Below, one piece after another: positions 10,861-24,712 of a stretch of 43,996 nucleotides of DNA. Origin of the DNA: Octopus bimaculoides. Lineage: Eukaryota. The notes under the pieces are model-generated. The model saw only the letters and a list, made by a program, of their open reading frames with translations, was not told where the DNA came from and made no database searches. The translations under genes and the position numbers were made by a program. The stretch lies in assembly GCF_001194135.2 (NCBI RefSeq), contig NC_068985.1, positions 63,617,526-63,661,521 on the forward strand. Reading direction: 5' to 3'. Each line of letters opens with the position of its first letter. The first letter of the stretch is position 1.

Positions 10861-13800
10861 CTCAATAATAATAAGTGAGAATGTAAAGGGTTGTTATTGT
10901 TAAATAGCACAATGCAATGCTGTTTGTTGCTCCACTGATTCTACTATATAACAATAATAACAATTACACACAATGTTACAAGCAGACAGTAATAACTGTG
11001 ATGTTAATTAAACAACTCTAGAAGGATACAAACTAATCAGTTTCAAAACTAATAGAACTGAGTCCAGATCTAAACAAAGGTGACTTGACATTTTAATCTT
11101 CCAAGGTTGATAAAATACCAGTCAACTAGTGGCATGAACACTTGTATCTCTCTCATTGTTTTTCTTTCTCTCCCTCCAAATCACCCAACAGTGTGCAGTA
11201 AAAAAGTCACAGGTATGGAGAAGGCTTAAGCAAGAAGCTGTTACAAAAAAACTGGAAATGTCCATGGAGAGAACAATGTACACCATAGAATAGTAATGAC
11301 AAATATACAAAAGAGAAATTGGAGTATTCATGACTTTCCCAAAGGCAGGGAATGATGATAATAATAATAATGACCATAAATTGAGGGATGCTACATTGTG
11401 TGTCTTAAATTGACTGATGCACTACTGTGTATGCATCATAGATGAGATACACCGTGGTGTACATGTCATAGACAGGATGTACTATGATGTATCAGTTAAT
11501 GAATTGATGTACTATGTATGTGTCAGTCAGCGACTCAATGTACTAAGGTGCATGTATCATAAGGTTTTGTTTTGGAATTTTAGTTAATTTTGGAAAAATT
11601 AACTAATCTGCAAGAAAAACATGCATCGACTACATTAAATTTCCTCTACATCTTTCTCTCAATAAATCATTTAATCCTGTTAGAAACTACAGATTTTGAT
11701 GAAATGCAGTTAGACCAGCAAAAAAACCCCATAAAAATGTAACAATTGCATGAATCTAGATGAAAGGTGGTGATAGGATGTAATGATTTTTTTAAGGATG
11801 TGGTTTTTATCTGTTGTCATGCCGCTATCATATGCCTAAATAGATTGAATACAGTTAAGTCCATTACATGTAAGTATTTCCATATATATTTACAAGATAT
11901 TGATTCCTGGGCAATGATCACCTGTTTCAGAGCCCAATTTGTGTTCCAGTTAGTCTTAATAACTTGGAACCACACATTTCTCTTTAGAAGAAAAAAATCC
12001 AAGATGTGCCTTTGTCTCCTCCATTCAAAGATTTTGTAAAGCACAAACTAACGTTATTTACTATTATTACAATAATTATGTTCTCCACACAAAAACACTA
12101 GTATGCGGAGACCCTGAATCTAAAATATATCAATAAATTAATGTTTCTTTTTTTTCAATCATTACCATTCACTAATGAAAACATTCAATGCAACATCAAC
12201 TACATAACAACTCCACTCCTGCTCTGAATCAATTACCAATATCACTTAGAAAGTATTTATGACAGGTGTTTATACATGACACTGATTATAATGATAACAA
12301 TGATGATGATGATGTTGATGATGGAGGTAAACAGTAGTAAGATTGTCAATGTTATATCTTCAAGCATCCATTAATTAGCTTTACAAGAATATCATAAAGT
12401 TGTTTTTTGATAAATATCAAAGCAAAACAAGGAAGGAAACAGTCTCAAAAGAACAGAAGCCATCACAGAATAAATACAAAATTGGATGAAGAGAATTAGC
12501 GATCAATAATGGAATTCAAAAAGTTTGGTAAAGAAAACAAGAAAGTTTAATTTGTATTGAAGAATGAAATAGTTAACAGCAAGGATAAAAAGAAGATGAA
12601 TAGTTATTAAAGAGAGATCAGCCAAGAACAGACAGGAAGATGGCATGCACATGATAAAATAAAAATATAAATAATAATAAGTATTATTAAATCAGCCACT
12701 TCAGAAGGAGGAATCCTAGTGATTTAACAGCAGAATAACAGAAATGCTGGCACATCTCACTTCAATATTGCATTACAGTTATTAAACAAAAATGAAATAT
12801 GAAATATAAAATAGGCTGAAATAAGATGGATCACAAGTTGTCACTTATTGCACAGTAGATTTTTGGGTGGATTAAAAACTAAGAATAAGAGAGGTACATA
12901 AAACAAAACAATATCTGTGAGCATTAATGTTTCATCTTCCACTTTCATATATGTTGGATTATCTACCCTCCAATTTTACCAGGATCAATGTTGAAGACAA
13001 ACTGAAGCCCATTCTCATTCAACCAGAATAAGCTACCAACATCACATTAACATTTATCTTCTCTTTTGTACTAAATGTGAATGTGAATGTGAATGTGTGT
13101 GTGTGTGTGTGTGTGTTCATGGCTGTCTTCTGGGATTTCATAGTCATCTTAATAAGATATCATATAAGTACATACTGCCCCTTCCCCATTGGTTATATTC
13201 TAAGCTAAATGTTATTGTTGGTAGCTAGACTGTAAAAGAGATATAATACTTTTCATATCTCCATTTTATTCAAGTTAACTGAGATGAAGTTCCCTGCTTG
13301 TCTGGTTTCACCTTGTTGCTAAAATTCTGAAAAACTGTTCTCAATTGAATTTCCTTCTTACTGTTAACATCTGAGCTGTCCTACAAGTAACACCTGTTGA
13401 CAGGTAGATGAACAAAAACAACAAGATTCTGCTTATGATTATGTATATACCATTAGTGTAAACACAAAAGTTAGAGGTATAAAAATACAGTCATTAAGAG
13501 GTACAGCAATGTTTCAAGTGAAGTGGAGCTTTGTGAAATCAATAAAGCAAAACATTGAAATCCAATAAAAAAGATCAAAGATGCATTAAAAAATATCAGT
13601 CATTCAAACTACAAAAGTTAATAAATAGTAAACATTCTTGCAATGGTTTTTTTGTCAGGTGAAGTGAAGAAAATATAAAAAAGGAAACAGAATCAAAACA
13701 ATGCTTCTATTTAAGCGGAAAGTTTGTCATCAAATTACAAAGTAAAAAAAGAATATATTTGATTATATGTTCAAAGACAAAAACAAAAAAAAGAAATTGG

Positions 13801-14414
13801 TATTATTTCCTTCTTGCAATGAATATTGACATTAGATCAATCAGTATTTATTACATTTATTGTACATAATGAATTGGTTCAATACACAGTACTGCTACAG
13901 CAGTAAGAAAAAATCAATGAAACATCTTCACTTACAAAAGAAAATTAACTCAAAGATGATAATTATTACCAACCAGATAATGTTTCAAAGGTTCAATTGT
14001 TCACTACCTAATAAACAATATTAACAAATTATTTGCTAATGCAAGAATTCACTGCAATACCAATCATCAAGCACAGAATTTTGCTGACCAAACATTAGAT
14101 ATGTGAATAACAAGAATAGTTTCAAGTGAAAATAATCAGTTAATGCTAAATACATGCACAATAGCATTGGAAAGGAGAGTACTAGCACTGAAAACAGAAA
14201 TTAGAGACTAATGACTAAAGTCTAATTCTATAAAATTTGTTGAAAATTGTAAAAAACTAAGAAAACTGAAAGTCAAAGTTGGAAAAAAAACACAGTTAAT
14301 AAAATATACAAGTTTGTTAGTTGTGACACGAGATGGCTTCAGACATCTTGGGCGATATCAAAGAAAAGAACCTTTTTTCAAAGATAAACACAATATAGAA
14401 ATGTCAGAACTTAC

Positions 14415-14423
14415 TTCTCACAG
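14415..14423 (-). CDS. candidate 9-nt SBF microexon (adds T-V-R)
   Basis: Minus strand atgtttgttag|CTGTGAGAA|gtaagt: consensus donor, TAG acceptor, stop-free after the phase-1 end of exon D. No homology support possible at this length. Confidence 0.3.
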
Positions 14424-15525
14424 CTAACAAACATATTGTTATTTTATAAATTGTGTGTGTATGTGTGTGTGTGCGTGCACACGCACACAGATGTATTACA
14501 TATACATATATATATATATATATTATGCACACATATACACACATGTCTGTAGAGAAACAAAAAGGCGATGTGGTATAGTGAGTGTTACTAACAGTAAATA
14601 TAGTGTAAATAGAGCACAGCAATGAGGGCTTTCTAAAGTTAGCATGCTAATCATGGCAGCTAAAGCAAAGAAAGAGAAAACAGAACATGTAAATATTGAG
14701 TTCTCTTGGACACTGGACACCAGCAAAAGAGGAAAATAAGGAAGTAAAATATTTTAGTAACCCTGGCACTACAATATATCTATAAGTACAGAATTAATTG
14801 TTTGATATTCTTAGTGAGAAAGACAAAGAAATTCTCTTCTTACATTTTTTTGAGAATTACAGTTTTTAAAAGTTGCCTAAAAGATATTGATTTGTACTAT
14901 TAAAGCCTAGAAGATATTGATCTGTACTATTAAAGCAATAATGACTGTGAAGTAATCGTTAGGAAAACTTCTATACACTAACAAACAAACAAATGCAGTT
15001 TCAATCATATAATAAATAACTGTGTTAAAAGCTGTTGGGATAGATTTACATTCCATAACATCCTCTGCATTGGTAGAATTATCAAAGAACAGAAACATTT
15101 TATCAAAGATCATCTGACCAGAAATACAAGTCCAAATTCAAAGCAGTTCTTAACTTGATAAGACACTGCTGTCACCACTGTAATCATTTCTATAATGAAA
15201 TTATGCCCAACGCTAGCATTATCATTATTACAAGTAGAAATATAATTAAAATAGAATAAATCTATCTGCAATGTCTGAAATACCAAAATATAACATATAT
15301 GAAAGTAATTGCAGAACTTCAAAGCTTAATCTCTTAGAGAATTAATTAATTAATTATTTGTTTTAATTTGTTAATCATTGAGTTTTATTAACCAATACAA
15401 CAAACATTATAAATCTCTACAGAGAGAACCATTTTAAAGAAATTCAACAAAATTAAAACTAGTAGAAAATCTTCAAACATCTGTCAAGCAGGAATTTTGT
15501 TGAAATAAAAACAGATACTATTGGA

Positions 15526-16570
15526 AGCATGAGGTGGTGTGAGACCACAGAATGGGATATTACACTATTGTAGAAGCAGTGTAACACTAAAGTATGGGGT
15601 GGTGTGATACTGTTGTATGGAGTGATGTGACAATATAGTATGGCATGGTGTAACACTACTGTATGGGATAGTGTGATGCTATAGTATGAAGTAAAATCAT
15701 AGTATGGGAAAGTGAACACCACTGAATGGGATGGTGAACACCATAGAATGGGGTGGTGTGGCACTATTGTATGGACCAGTATTGTATGAAACTAGACTGT
15801 GGGGAGGTATGACACTACAGTATGGAATGGTGTGAATCTAGTGTAATAGGTGGTATGACACTATGTTGTTGTTGGCACTCTGTCGCTTATGACGACGAGG
15901 GTTCCAGATGATCCGATCAATGGAACAGCCTGCTCATGAAATTAACGAGCAAGTGGCTGAGCACTCCACAGAAACGTGTACCCTTAACATAGTTATCGGA
16001 GATATTCAGCGTGACACAGAGTGTGACAAGGCTGGCCCTTTGAAATACAGGTACAACAGAAACAGGAAGTAAGAGTAAGAGAAAGTTGTGGTGAAAGAGT
16101 ACAGCAGGGTTCGCCACCATTCCCTGCCGGAACCTCGTGGAGCTTTAGGTGTTTTCACTCAATAAACACTCACAACGCCCGGTCTAGGAATCAATCCTAT
16201 GACCGCAAGTCCACTGCCCTAACCACTAGGCCATTGCACCTCCACTTATGACACTATAGTATGACACTATAGTATGGCATGGTATAGCACTTATGATACT
16301 ATAGTATGGTATGGTATAACATTATTGTATAGTGTGGGGTGGTGTGACACTATAGGTGCAGTGTGATGTTATTGTATGGGGTGGTGTTAAACTACAGTAT
16401 GGAGCAGTGAGACACTACAAAATGGGTTAGTGTGATACTATAATCATCAGATGATGTAACACCTATTGTATGAAGTAGTGTTACACCACTGTATGGGATG
16501 CTGTGACACTATAATATGGGTTGGTGTAACACCTTAGTATAAGGTGATGTGACACTATAGTATGGTGTGC
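15526..16570. repeat. degenerate 23-bp minisatellite (consensus about tatagtatgggatggtgtgacac), split by a SINE
   Basis: Consecutive units agtatggggtggtgtgatactgt / tgtatggagtgatgtgacaatat / agtatggcatggtgtaacactac / tgtatgggatagtgtgatgctat; resumes after 16246. Confidence 0.85.
15865..16246 (-). mobile_element. tRNA-derived SINE, family C, with (CAA)n tail
   Basis: Minus strand head gtggaggtgcaatggcctagtggttagggcagtggacttgcggtc is tRNA-like; gttgttgtt tail at the left end; flanked by an 11-bp direct repeat tatgacactat (15854-15864, 16247-16257). Confidence 0.85.
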
Positions 16571-18832
16571 TACTGGTGTAATTAGGAACTGAACTTGTTA
16601 CACTGAACAATAACCAAAAATTGTAAGGCAGGTAAATAACTTACTCTAACAATATTAGTAATATTTGTAATAAAAACATGATGTTGTGGCCTTCATTATA
16701 CACAAATCTGAAAGTGTTCACCATTTCTGATGATATCTAATTTGTCAAGAGAAAACAACATTGGAGAACATGACACTAGAACAAGGAACAGCAGGAAAAA
16801 TTCAGAAAAAAATATACCTGAGGAAGACATCTCTGTCAAGAGGAAGAATACAGAATAATAATGGTAGATCAATAGTCAATAAATGAAGATATATATATAT
16901 GTGTATATATATATAATTATCATTGTATCAAAACATTTTGCATAAAATTTGGAAAATAATTTTTAATATAACAATAAAGTATTCTATATATTATCATTTG
17001 ACTGTTAAATACCAAATATTGTCAATATCCACCTTAAAATTGGTGGATAATAAAGGTTTGCTACCACTGTTATTTTTAAATAACATCTACCCTACTCCTC
17101 TCCCTTCCAGTCATTTCAAGACAAAGTGCAACCTAAAACTAAACTAGGAGGTGCTTCAGATTTGAAGTACTTCAATCAACTTATTTCTCCAAAAGCAACA
17201 AAGTTTGGTCATTGGTTCTGAGTCATTACTATGAAAACACCAAGGTAGCTCTGTGGCGATACTTCACAATTTCAAACTAAGAATAATAGATAGTACTGAC
17301 ATTTTGAAGAAATGAGCCACTAAGAACTTGGTAAATACACCCCATGGGTAGTGTTGTGGGTAATAGTAGGAAAATAATTTTTGTTTTATATCACAAGCTG
17401 CATCATACTTTTGTTCAGTATTACAACTGAATAGATCAATAGATCCATCAATGCTTATGAGACAAAATATTGATGATGTGTATGTCATTTCTTGCACTGT
17501 CTAAGACACAATGGTATGCCTACTGAATTATCTCAAGGTATCATGGCTAACAATTTAAATACTTTTGGCATAAGAGCTACTTTATGGCTTTATAATAATG
17601 CAAGAAATTTACAACTAAGAGGAATAAGTCTGTGAGCTGTTCATACATTCTTCGAAGACTTTGATGGCTATAAGTAATTGTTCTATTAGCAGGGTTTTAA
17701 TTTTCCCCTTGAATACAACTTTTAAAAGGATCAACCACGAACACCACAATTAATTACCCAACAAGTCACACATTTTTTTATACTGTCAATGAATGAGCTC
17801 CTACAGGATTCACCATCAGTACATCACTCAATATAAAGTCGAGAGAGATAGACAATAAATTATCGTTTCTCTTTCTTGAAAAAAAAAAGTAGTGGCAAAA
17901 GTGTCAAATGGAGGACAACTCCTGGTTATATTCCAGATCTAAAGAATGAATTAACAGGAAATGTGAAAATAATTCTATAGAATGTTTTACAGGAAGTATG
18001 AAGATAATTTGGTCATTTCATTTTTGTTGGTTTTTTGGATCTACAAAATATTAATGACCAGACTGATACAAGAGGAAAAAAACACAAAAACACATTTATG
18101 TTTATCATTTAATGCAAAGAGAGAAAGAAAGTTAAAAACACATTGTGGAAACAAATTTAAATAAAAAGAAAATTCATTTATAACACACATATGCATCCAT
18201 ATAAGCATGCACATTTTACTCCTGTGGCTTGCATATCTCTGCATATGTCTATATGAAACATTACATTTCTGAGTAATATGTGCAAACACAGCCAGGTGTA
18301 ACATGCCTTCAATCATAGGACAGGTCAATTGCTACAGAAAATTCATGTTCAAAGACTGGACTATCCTACATTATAGTAAGTCTTGAACTGTGACATCTTT
18401 ACACAAATTAAAATTGTAGTTATAAACTTATAACAAGAGCAATTACCTCATGCAAGAATTTCAATAGCAATTTAACCTCAGAAAAACACAACAAAGAACA
18501 TTGTAAGACAACTTAAAAACAAAAGCTACCAATCAGCTTTAATTAGTAAAACCAATCTCATGAACAATGTCCAAATGACTCCAGTGAAATTAACAGGAGA
18601 ATTTAATTACAAAAGCATAGTTAAAGTAAATAATTAATGACTTCATATAGCCAGAATAGGAAATGATATATTATTTAGTAGAAATTTCTGAAGAATTACA
18701 TGAAATAATTTCACTACAGTTTACAAAGTATTTATGGGGAGAAATGGCAGTAAGAAAGAAACATTTTAAAGAAATATAAAACAAAAAAAAACAGTTTAAC
18801 ACTTAAATTTACAACACAAAATTATATCTTAC

Positions 18833-19087
18833 TTTTTGATTTAGCACCTCCACTTGCTCTTGTGTTACTTAGACCTGCTGTACGGTTAAATGTGGATTTA
18901 CGAAGCGGTTCTGGTGTCTCAGGAATTGTTATTTCATTGCTACCCACCATCATGAGAGAATCAAGACTCGTGAGAGAATCACTGTAAGAAGACTGATAGG
19001 ATCGCATACTATTTGGAGTGACAGCAACTAATGATCGGAAATAGTTCTCCTGTTCAATGCTGGATGATGTCTCACCACTTGAGGTAC
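18833..19087 (-). CDS. SBF2: SBF1/SBF2 coding exon D (SSSIEQENY motif plus Ser-rich linker)
   Basis: tgtctttgttag|GTACCTCA...TCAAAAA|gtaaga. Translates (G)TSSGETSSSIEQENYFRSLVAVTPNSMRSYQSSYSDSLTSLDSLMMVGSNEITIPETPEPLRKSTFNRTAGLSNTRASGGAKSK, cf. SBF DSSSLEQEKYLQA. 255 nt, phase 1/1, in frame with exon C. Confidence 0.85.
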
Positions 19088-19143
19088 CTAACAAAGACAA
19101 CCAACAGAATACAGCTGTTATTTTTAACATACATACACAAACA

Positions 19144-19174
<31 letters not shown>

Positions 19175-19218
19175 TTCATACATACAAATATGTATATGCA
19201 TATATATACACACACACC

Positions 19219-21553
19219 TATCTTCCATGCTGGCATGGGTTGGAAAAGTTTGATAGGAGCTAGGCAAGCCAAAGAACTGCAGAAGATGTCTTTGTTTGCT
19301 TTGGCATGCTTTCTACAGTTGGATGTCAACTATTTTACAGAGTGTACTGGGTGCATTTTATGTGACACCAGCATTGGTACCTTTTACACGGCACTAATAC
19401 CAATAGAGTTGTCAAGTAACTTGCATGACAAATACCTCTCAGCTGGAAGAGAGAGAGAGAGAGTGGAACTGATAGAAGTGGGTCTGTGCCAGTTGAGAGG
19501 TTAAAGTATAATAGAGGAATAGACATAGGTATCTTACAAGATACTCCAGTAGGAAGAGAAAGAAATGGAAGAAGAGATAAAGTGAGAGACACAGAAAGAA
19601 ATAGATGGTCTTCTCAAGAACAGCAAATTGCCAGAAGTCAATTGTCTCTTGTCATTTCCTCGGTGAAGCCCAGCGTCCAAAGATCCTTTCTTACTACTTC
19701 ATCCCATGTCTTCCTGGGTCTAACCCTTCCGCAAGTTTCCTCTACAATTAGAGCTCAGCACTTCCTTATGCAGCTATCTTCATCCAAACACATCACATGA
19801 CCAAACCAGTGCAGCCTTCTCTCTTGCACACTAAATCTGATGCCTCTTACACCCAATTTTTCTCTTAAAACTCCATCAAACATGCACACTGACATTGCCC
19901 ATCCAACAGAGTATGTTTGCTTCATTTCTTTCAAGCCTTCACATATCTTCTGCCATCACAGCCCATGTTTCACTGCTTTGTAGTATAGTTGTCTGCACAC
20001 AGGCATCATACAATCTACCTTAATAACTCTCAGATCTTTGCCCAGCCCATTCTTATTCTGGCAACTATGCTTTCAAAGCATCCTCCTCCACAGCTAACTT
20101 GGTCACCTAGGTAACAGAAGTAATCAACTACTTCTGAGTATCCCTCCAGACATTTGAGGGAGTCTATTTCCTGTATATTTACATTCTTAGTGTTTATTGT
20201 ACCTGCGCATACAAATACTATTTTCTCTTATTCTTCCTATGACACTTGCCTCTCTTATGTGTCAATAGTTTGCACTGGGTATAACATATAGAATTAATTC
20301 TTACCTACACCTTTTCTACATATTGAGCAAGGCCATCTCCCTGAAGGAATTAGTGATTTGTCTGTTTTCCTACTTACTAGGACCTTGCTACATTAACTCT
20401 AAGGCCCTTTGATTCCAGACCTTGCTTCAACACTTGAAATTTCTTCTCTAATTCTAGTAGAGATTCAGCTATGAGAACAAGGATATCAGTGTAGAGGAGC
20501 TCCCAAGGAAAACCAGCCTTAAATTCCTCTATTAAGGCCTATGATAAACAAAAGGGGTCTGAGAACCAACCCTTTGTGAACTCCTACCTGTACACTAAAT
20601 CCTTCCTACACTCATTGCCAACTTTCACCGTATTGACTGCATCCATGTCCATAGTCGGTACACCTCTCACCAACCACTCATCTATCCCTAGCTTTCACAT
20701 TGCCCACTAAATAAAGTAGCGGAGGACCCTGTCAAAGGTTTTCTTTACATCAACAATAGCCAGGTATAGAGTTTTGTTTTTGGCATGATACTTTTCATGT
20801 AGTTACCTCACCAGGAAGACAACATCAGTCGTGCTTCTTCCTGGAACAAAACCAAATTGCATCTCATCTAGGCTTTCTTCCTAATTAGTTGAGCTATGAC
20901 CCTTTCTGTAACCTACATCACCTGGTCCAACAATGTGATACCTCTGTAGTTATTTCTGTCTAAGGCATCACCTTTACATTTGGAATAATCAACTATAATG
21001 ATTCAACACCAGTTGTTGGGTATGACCCCTTCGTGGACAATCTGATTTACTCTATGGGAGACTAAGCCATATCCTACTATGTCAGATATTTTAAGCATCT
21101 CAGCAGTGATTCATGATGGGCTAGGGGCTTTCCTTGTTTTCATATCCTTAATTGCTTTATTTACTCCCTTCCTCTATACATTCTCTACATTTAGCAGCCT
21201 TTCATAGTAGTACTTCCAGGCTACTTTCTTTGCAGAATCACTAATTACAAATGAATCATCATCCATGTGAACACACTTTTATCCTACAACATCAAGATTT
21301 TCTCTGACACATTGTCTTGCAAGTTGAAACACCTCAAGCCACTTGGTCCTCATGCTGCAGTACATTGACAAACTGCTTCCTTACTGTTTCTCCCCTAAGT
21401 AAATGTACCTGTCATTTAGCTTCCTTTTTAGCAACCTTATACAGTGCTCTGCTACCATTACTCTTGCAGTCCTTAGGCTTGTTTTGTGCCCTAATGGCTT
21501 TGTCTACTTCTCTGTACTACCAACAAGTCACCTTAGGTCTGGTGTGTGTGGGG
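19219..21553 (-). mobile_element. RTE-clade LINE, ORF2 pseudogene plus 3' UTR, truncated at the gap
   Basis: Minus-strand remnants AKKVAWKYYYERLLNVEN, AIVDVKKTFDRV, WELLYTDILVLIAE (YADD region) and RRLHWFGHV...GRVRPRKTWDEVVRKDL. 3' tail ccaacccatgccagcatggaa; many stops and frameshifts. Confidence 0.88.
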
Positions 21554-21859
21554 NNNNNNNNNNNNNNNNNNNNNNNNNNNNNNNNNNNNNNNNNNNNNNN
21601 NNNNNNNNNNNNNNNNNNNNNNNNNNNNNNNNNNNNNNNNNNNNNNNNNNNNNNNNNNNNNNNNNNNNNNNNNNNNNNNNNNNNNNNNNNNNNNNNNNNN
21701 NNNNNNNNNNNNNNNNNNNNNNNNNNNNNNNNNNNNNNNNNNNNNNNNNNNNNNNNNNNNNNNNNNNNNNNNNNNNNNNNNNNNNNNNNNNNNNNNNNNN
21801 NNNNNNNNNNNNNNNNNNNNNNNNNNNNNNNNNNNNNNNNNNNNNNNNNNNNNNNNNNN

Positions 21860-21904
<45 letters not shown>

Positions 21905-22057
21905 TTACAATGGATCAGATTTTAGCTTTTATTTAAATCGATATACATACAAAAACTCACATGTGAGTATTTTGCTACGTTTGATAACAGATATAATATT
22001 TTTACAAAATTTTAGTATAAATCTATAAATACATACATATATATATATATATATATA

Positions 22058-22330
22058 TCTTATACATAAATGGCAATTTTTGTCTGTCAGTCTGTCTGTT
22101 ACCATCTTGCTGCCTACACCAGTGACCCAATCTATACAAAACTTAGCATACATGTTAAACTAACATCCAGTTCAATTACAGGCTAATTGAATTTCAATAA
22201 AAATCTAGGGGCATTGGGCTATTATTTGTTAAAATGAGAAGGGTGCAAAGAGTGTTAGTATGAGAGAAATGTGGTGGCAAAGTTAATATAACTGATATCA
22301 AAGAAAGGGAGAACAGCATTGTGTAGGCGA
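22058..22330 (+). mobile_element. Helitron-like non-autonomous 5' end fragment
   Basis: A|TCttatacataaa...tgtctgtcagtctgtctgt, same layout as 43645. 3' end not identified. Confidence 0.45.
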
Positions 22331-22560
22331 CAAATATGGAGTGGCAGTGGGATGTAATATTAATACATCTGTCATAAGTAACTTTTAAAACACCAAGGAA
22401 GGGAAAGAAAGGTGGGTGTGAGGAATATGTAACTTTAAGGAGGGGGGTAGGTTGCTTTCTTGCTGTCCATCACCAAAAAACACACAGACAGACAGACACA
22501 CATTTATATACATACATATATGTCTATTATACACCATTTTAAACTCATAATTACCTCTGT

Positions 22561-22601
<41 letters not shown>

Positions 22602-23277
22602 CGTGCGTGCGTATGTGTGTGTCTTTCTACTTACCTGCCACACCATGAAAATTTTAAAATTATGTCAAAATTTTAAAATTTTATATATTAAAATAATTTT
22701 CCACATCAAATCCAATTTTGTTATTTATTTGTTCCAGAAAAATGTTACTAAAGTTTAAAGTTTAATCAATTTTACCTAATAAGAAAACAGGATTTGGAAG
22801 CTGGTATTTTATTCATGATAACTGTCTATCACAAAATGAANNNNNNNNNNNNNNNNNNNNNNNNNNNNNNNNNNNNNNNNNNNNNNNNNNNNNNNNNNNN
22901 NNNNNNNNNNNNNNNNNNNNNNNNNNNNNNNNNNNNNNNNNNNNNNNNNNNNNNNNNNNNNNNNNNNNNNNNNNNNNNNNNNNNNNNNNNNNNNNNNNNN
23001 NNNNNNNNNNNNNNNNNNNNNNNNNNNNNNNNNNNNNNNNNNNNNNNNNNNNNNNNNNNNNNNNNNNNNNNNNNNNNNNNNNNNNNNNNNNNNNNNNNNN
23101 NNNNNNNNNNNNNNNNNNNNNNNNNNNNNNNNNNNNNNNNNNNNNNNNNNNNNNNNNNNNNNNNNNNNATATATATATATATATATATATAAAATTGAGA
23201 TTCTGTCGAGAATTAGGTACTTAAGTTGAAACACCAAGTCAGTGCGGTAATAGCTGTACAACCCAAATTAAGGTGAA

Positions 23278-24648
23278 TAAAATCAAAATAAGCAACAGGA
23301 TATCAAGAGGTGATGCAGTACAACCATTTCAAGCGGCTCCATTTAATTGAACAATGCAATCATTACATCAATTCAAATGGAGGCTATCATCAGTTGCATA
23401 AATAAATAAAATTTTTAATCAGTTGGACACATTAATATAATTTTACTCAAATTCTCTAACAGAGCAAGAAGAGGGAAAGAGTCCATGTTGCTACTAATGT
23501 AACTAAGACTATACTACACTTCTAAGAACTGTATGAAGTTTGATAGGGTCATAGCTTGTAAAGGATTGTGGTTCATTTTTAATTTATTAGTCTTTTTTTA
23601 TCAACTACCAAATCTAAGGCCAGAGGACTGTCTGTTTAGAAAGGAGTGAGTTGACAGTTTATAGTTAGGTATAATTGTAAATTTTGTCAGGATTTTAAGA
23701 TTTGTGAAGTAACTGTCTATAAAGGAGGCTGGGTAGGGGAGGACCCCAAATCAAGATGTCAATTACCAGTTAAAGGGGCAAAATGCTAATAAAATGTATG
23801 ATGTTATGTTGTATAAAGATAAAATTTAAGATTACTAAAAATGATATTATAACCAGAATAGATAAAATGTGTATATATACTAATTTTCAACATTAGAAAG
23901 GGAAGATTACATAGAATTAGTTTAATATTCATTCCTGTGCTTAATTATTTACTCATTAGGTGGTTTCTATAAGGATTGCTCTGGGTATTTACTTACGGAA
24001 TACTGGGGCAATAAACCATGCTATCTTTATATTAATTATAAGCTAAGAATCAGGAAAAAAATCAGAAAAAAATAAGTTGTGCACAGATACATACACATAT
24101 TTAACTACGTGCACACATGAAAATATACACAAATATTTGTACTTTATTTTGGGTATGCTATAATCAACTCTCATAGACTTAAGTAACTAGAAAGTTTATA
24201 TCTCTCTTTAAGAACATTAATAACTTATAAGAAAAAAGAGGTTAATAGGTAAAGGTATCAATATAAGAAAACAAAATAACAAAAAATTATAGAGAATAGT
24301 AAGAAAATATATATAACTTATTATATATAATACTAGGGGGTAAGTTCACATCAGATATGACACTAAAAATTAATTTCCCTTATCCAGGATCAAGTGTAGC
24401 ACCTTTAAACGCTAATTTCGAAAATATTTAAATGTATGGATAACCCTATGTATGGATGATACTCTTAGGTCTAATCTATTATTAATCAGGTTGCCCTTGT
24501 CCCTATACTTAAATTTCTATTTATTTATGCAGCTAAGGATAGCCCTGCATTTAAATTGATGTAATGATTGCATTGTTCAATTAAATGGAACTGCGTGAAA
24601 CAGTCGTACTGCATCACCTCTTGATATCCTGTTGCTTATTTTAATTAT
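23278..24648. mobile_element. Penelope-like derivative with about 135-bp inverted terminal repeats, each containing a hammerhead motif
   Basis: Arms 23278-23415 and 24510-24648 are reverse complements (aataagcaacaggatatcaagaggtgatgcagtac / gtactgcatcacctcttgatatcctgttgcttatt). No ORF recognised inside. Confidence 0.7.
23313..23399 (-). ncRNA. hammerhead-like motif, sense to the SBF pre-mRNA
   Basis: Minus strand atgcaa CTGATGA tagc[ctccatttgaattg...caattaaatggag]ccgctt GAAA tggtt GTA ctgcat. Partner copy 24527-24614 (+) reads atgcag CTAAGGA...GAAA cagtc GTA ctgcat. The base of stem II is non-canonical. Confidence 0.6.
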
Positions 24649-24663
24649 TATATATATATATAT

Positions 24664-24712
<49 letters not shown>

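Noticed and set aside
11192-11212. Plus-strand micro-exon-like segment (pyrimidine tract, cag|...cag|gtatgg)
   Set aside because: Opposite strand to SBF, and no other plus-strand exons were found to partner it.
14523-15322. Minus-strand ORFs of 67-70 aa (also 11817-12044 and 17264-17497)
   Set aside because: No resemblance to expected downstream SBF motifs (ALYIFGEK, KASFKKL, LEDGWD) or any family I recognise, and no phase-compatible splice pairs.
23205-23256. Further hammerhead-like traces (CTGTCGA...GAAAC...GTA here; ctgacga near 39038; ctgatga near 16728)
   Set aside because: Core or stems I/III are too degenerate to support. The 23205 one may be a real decayed copy.
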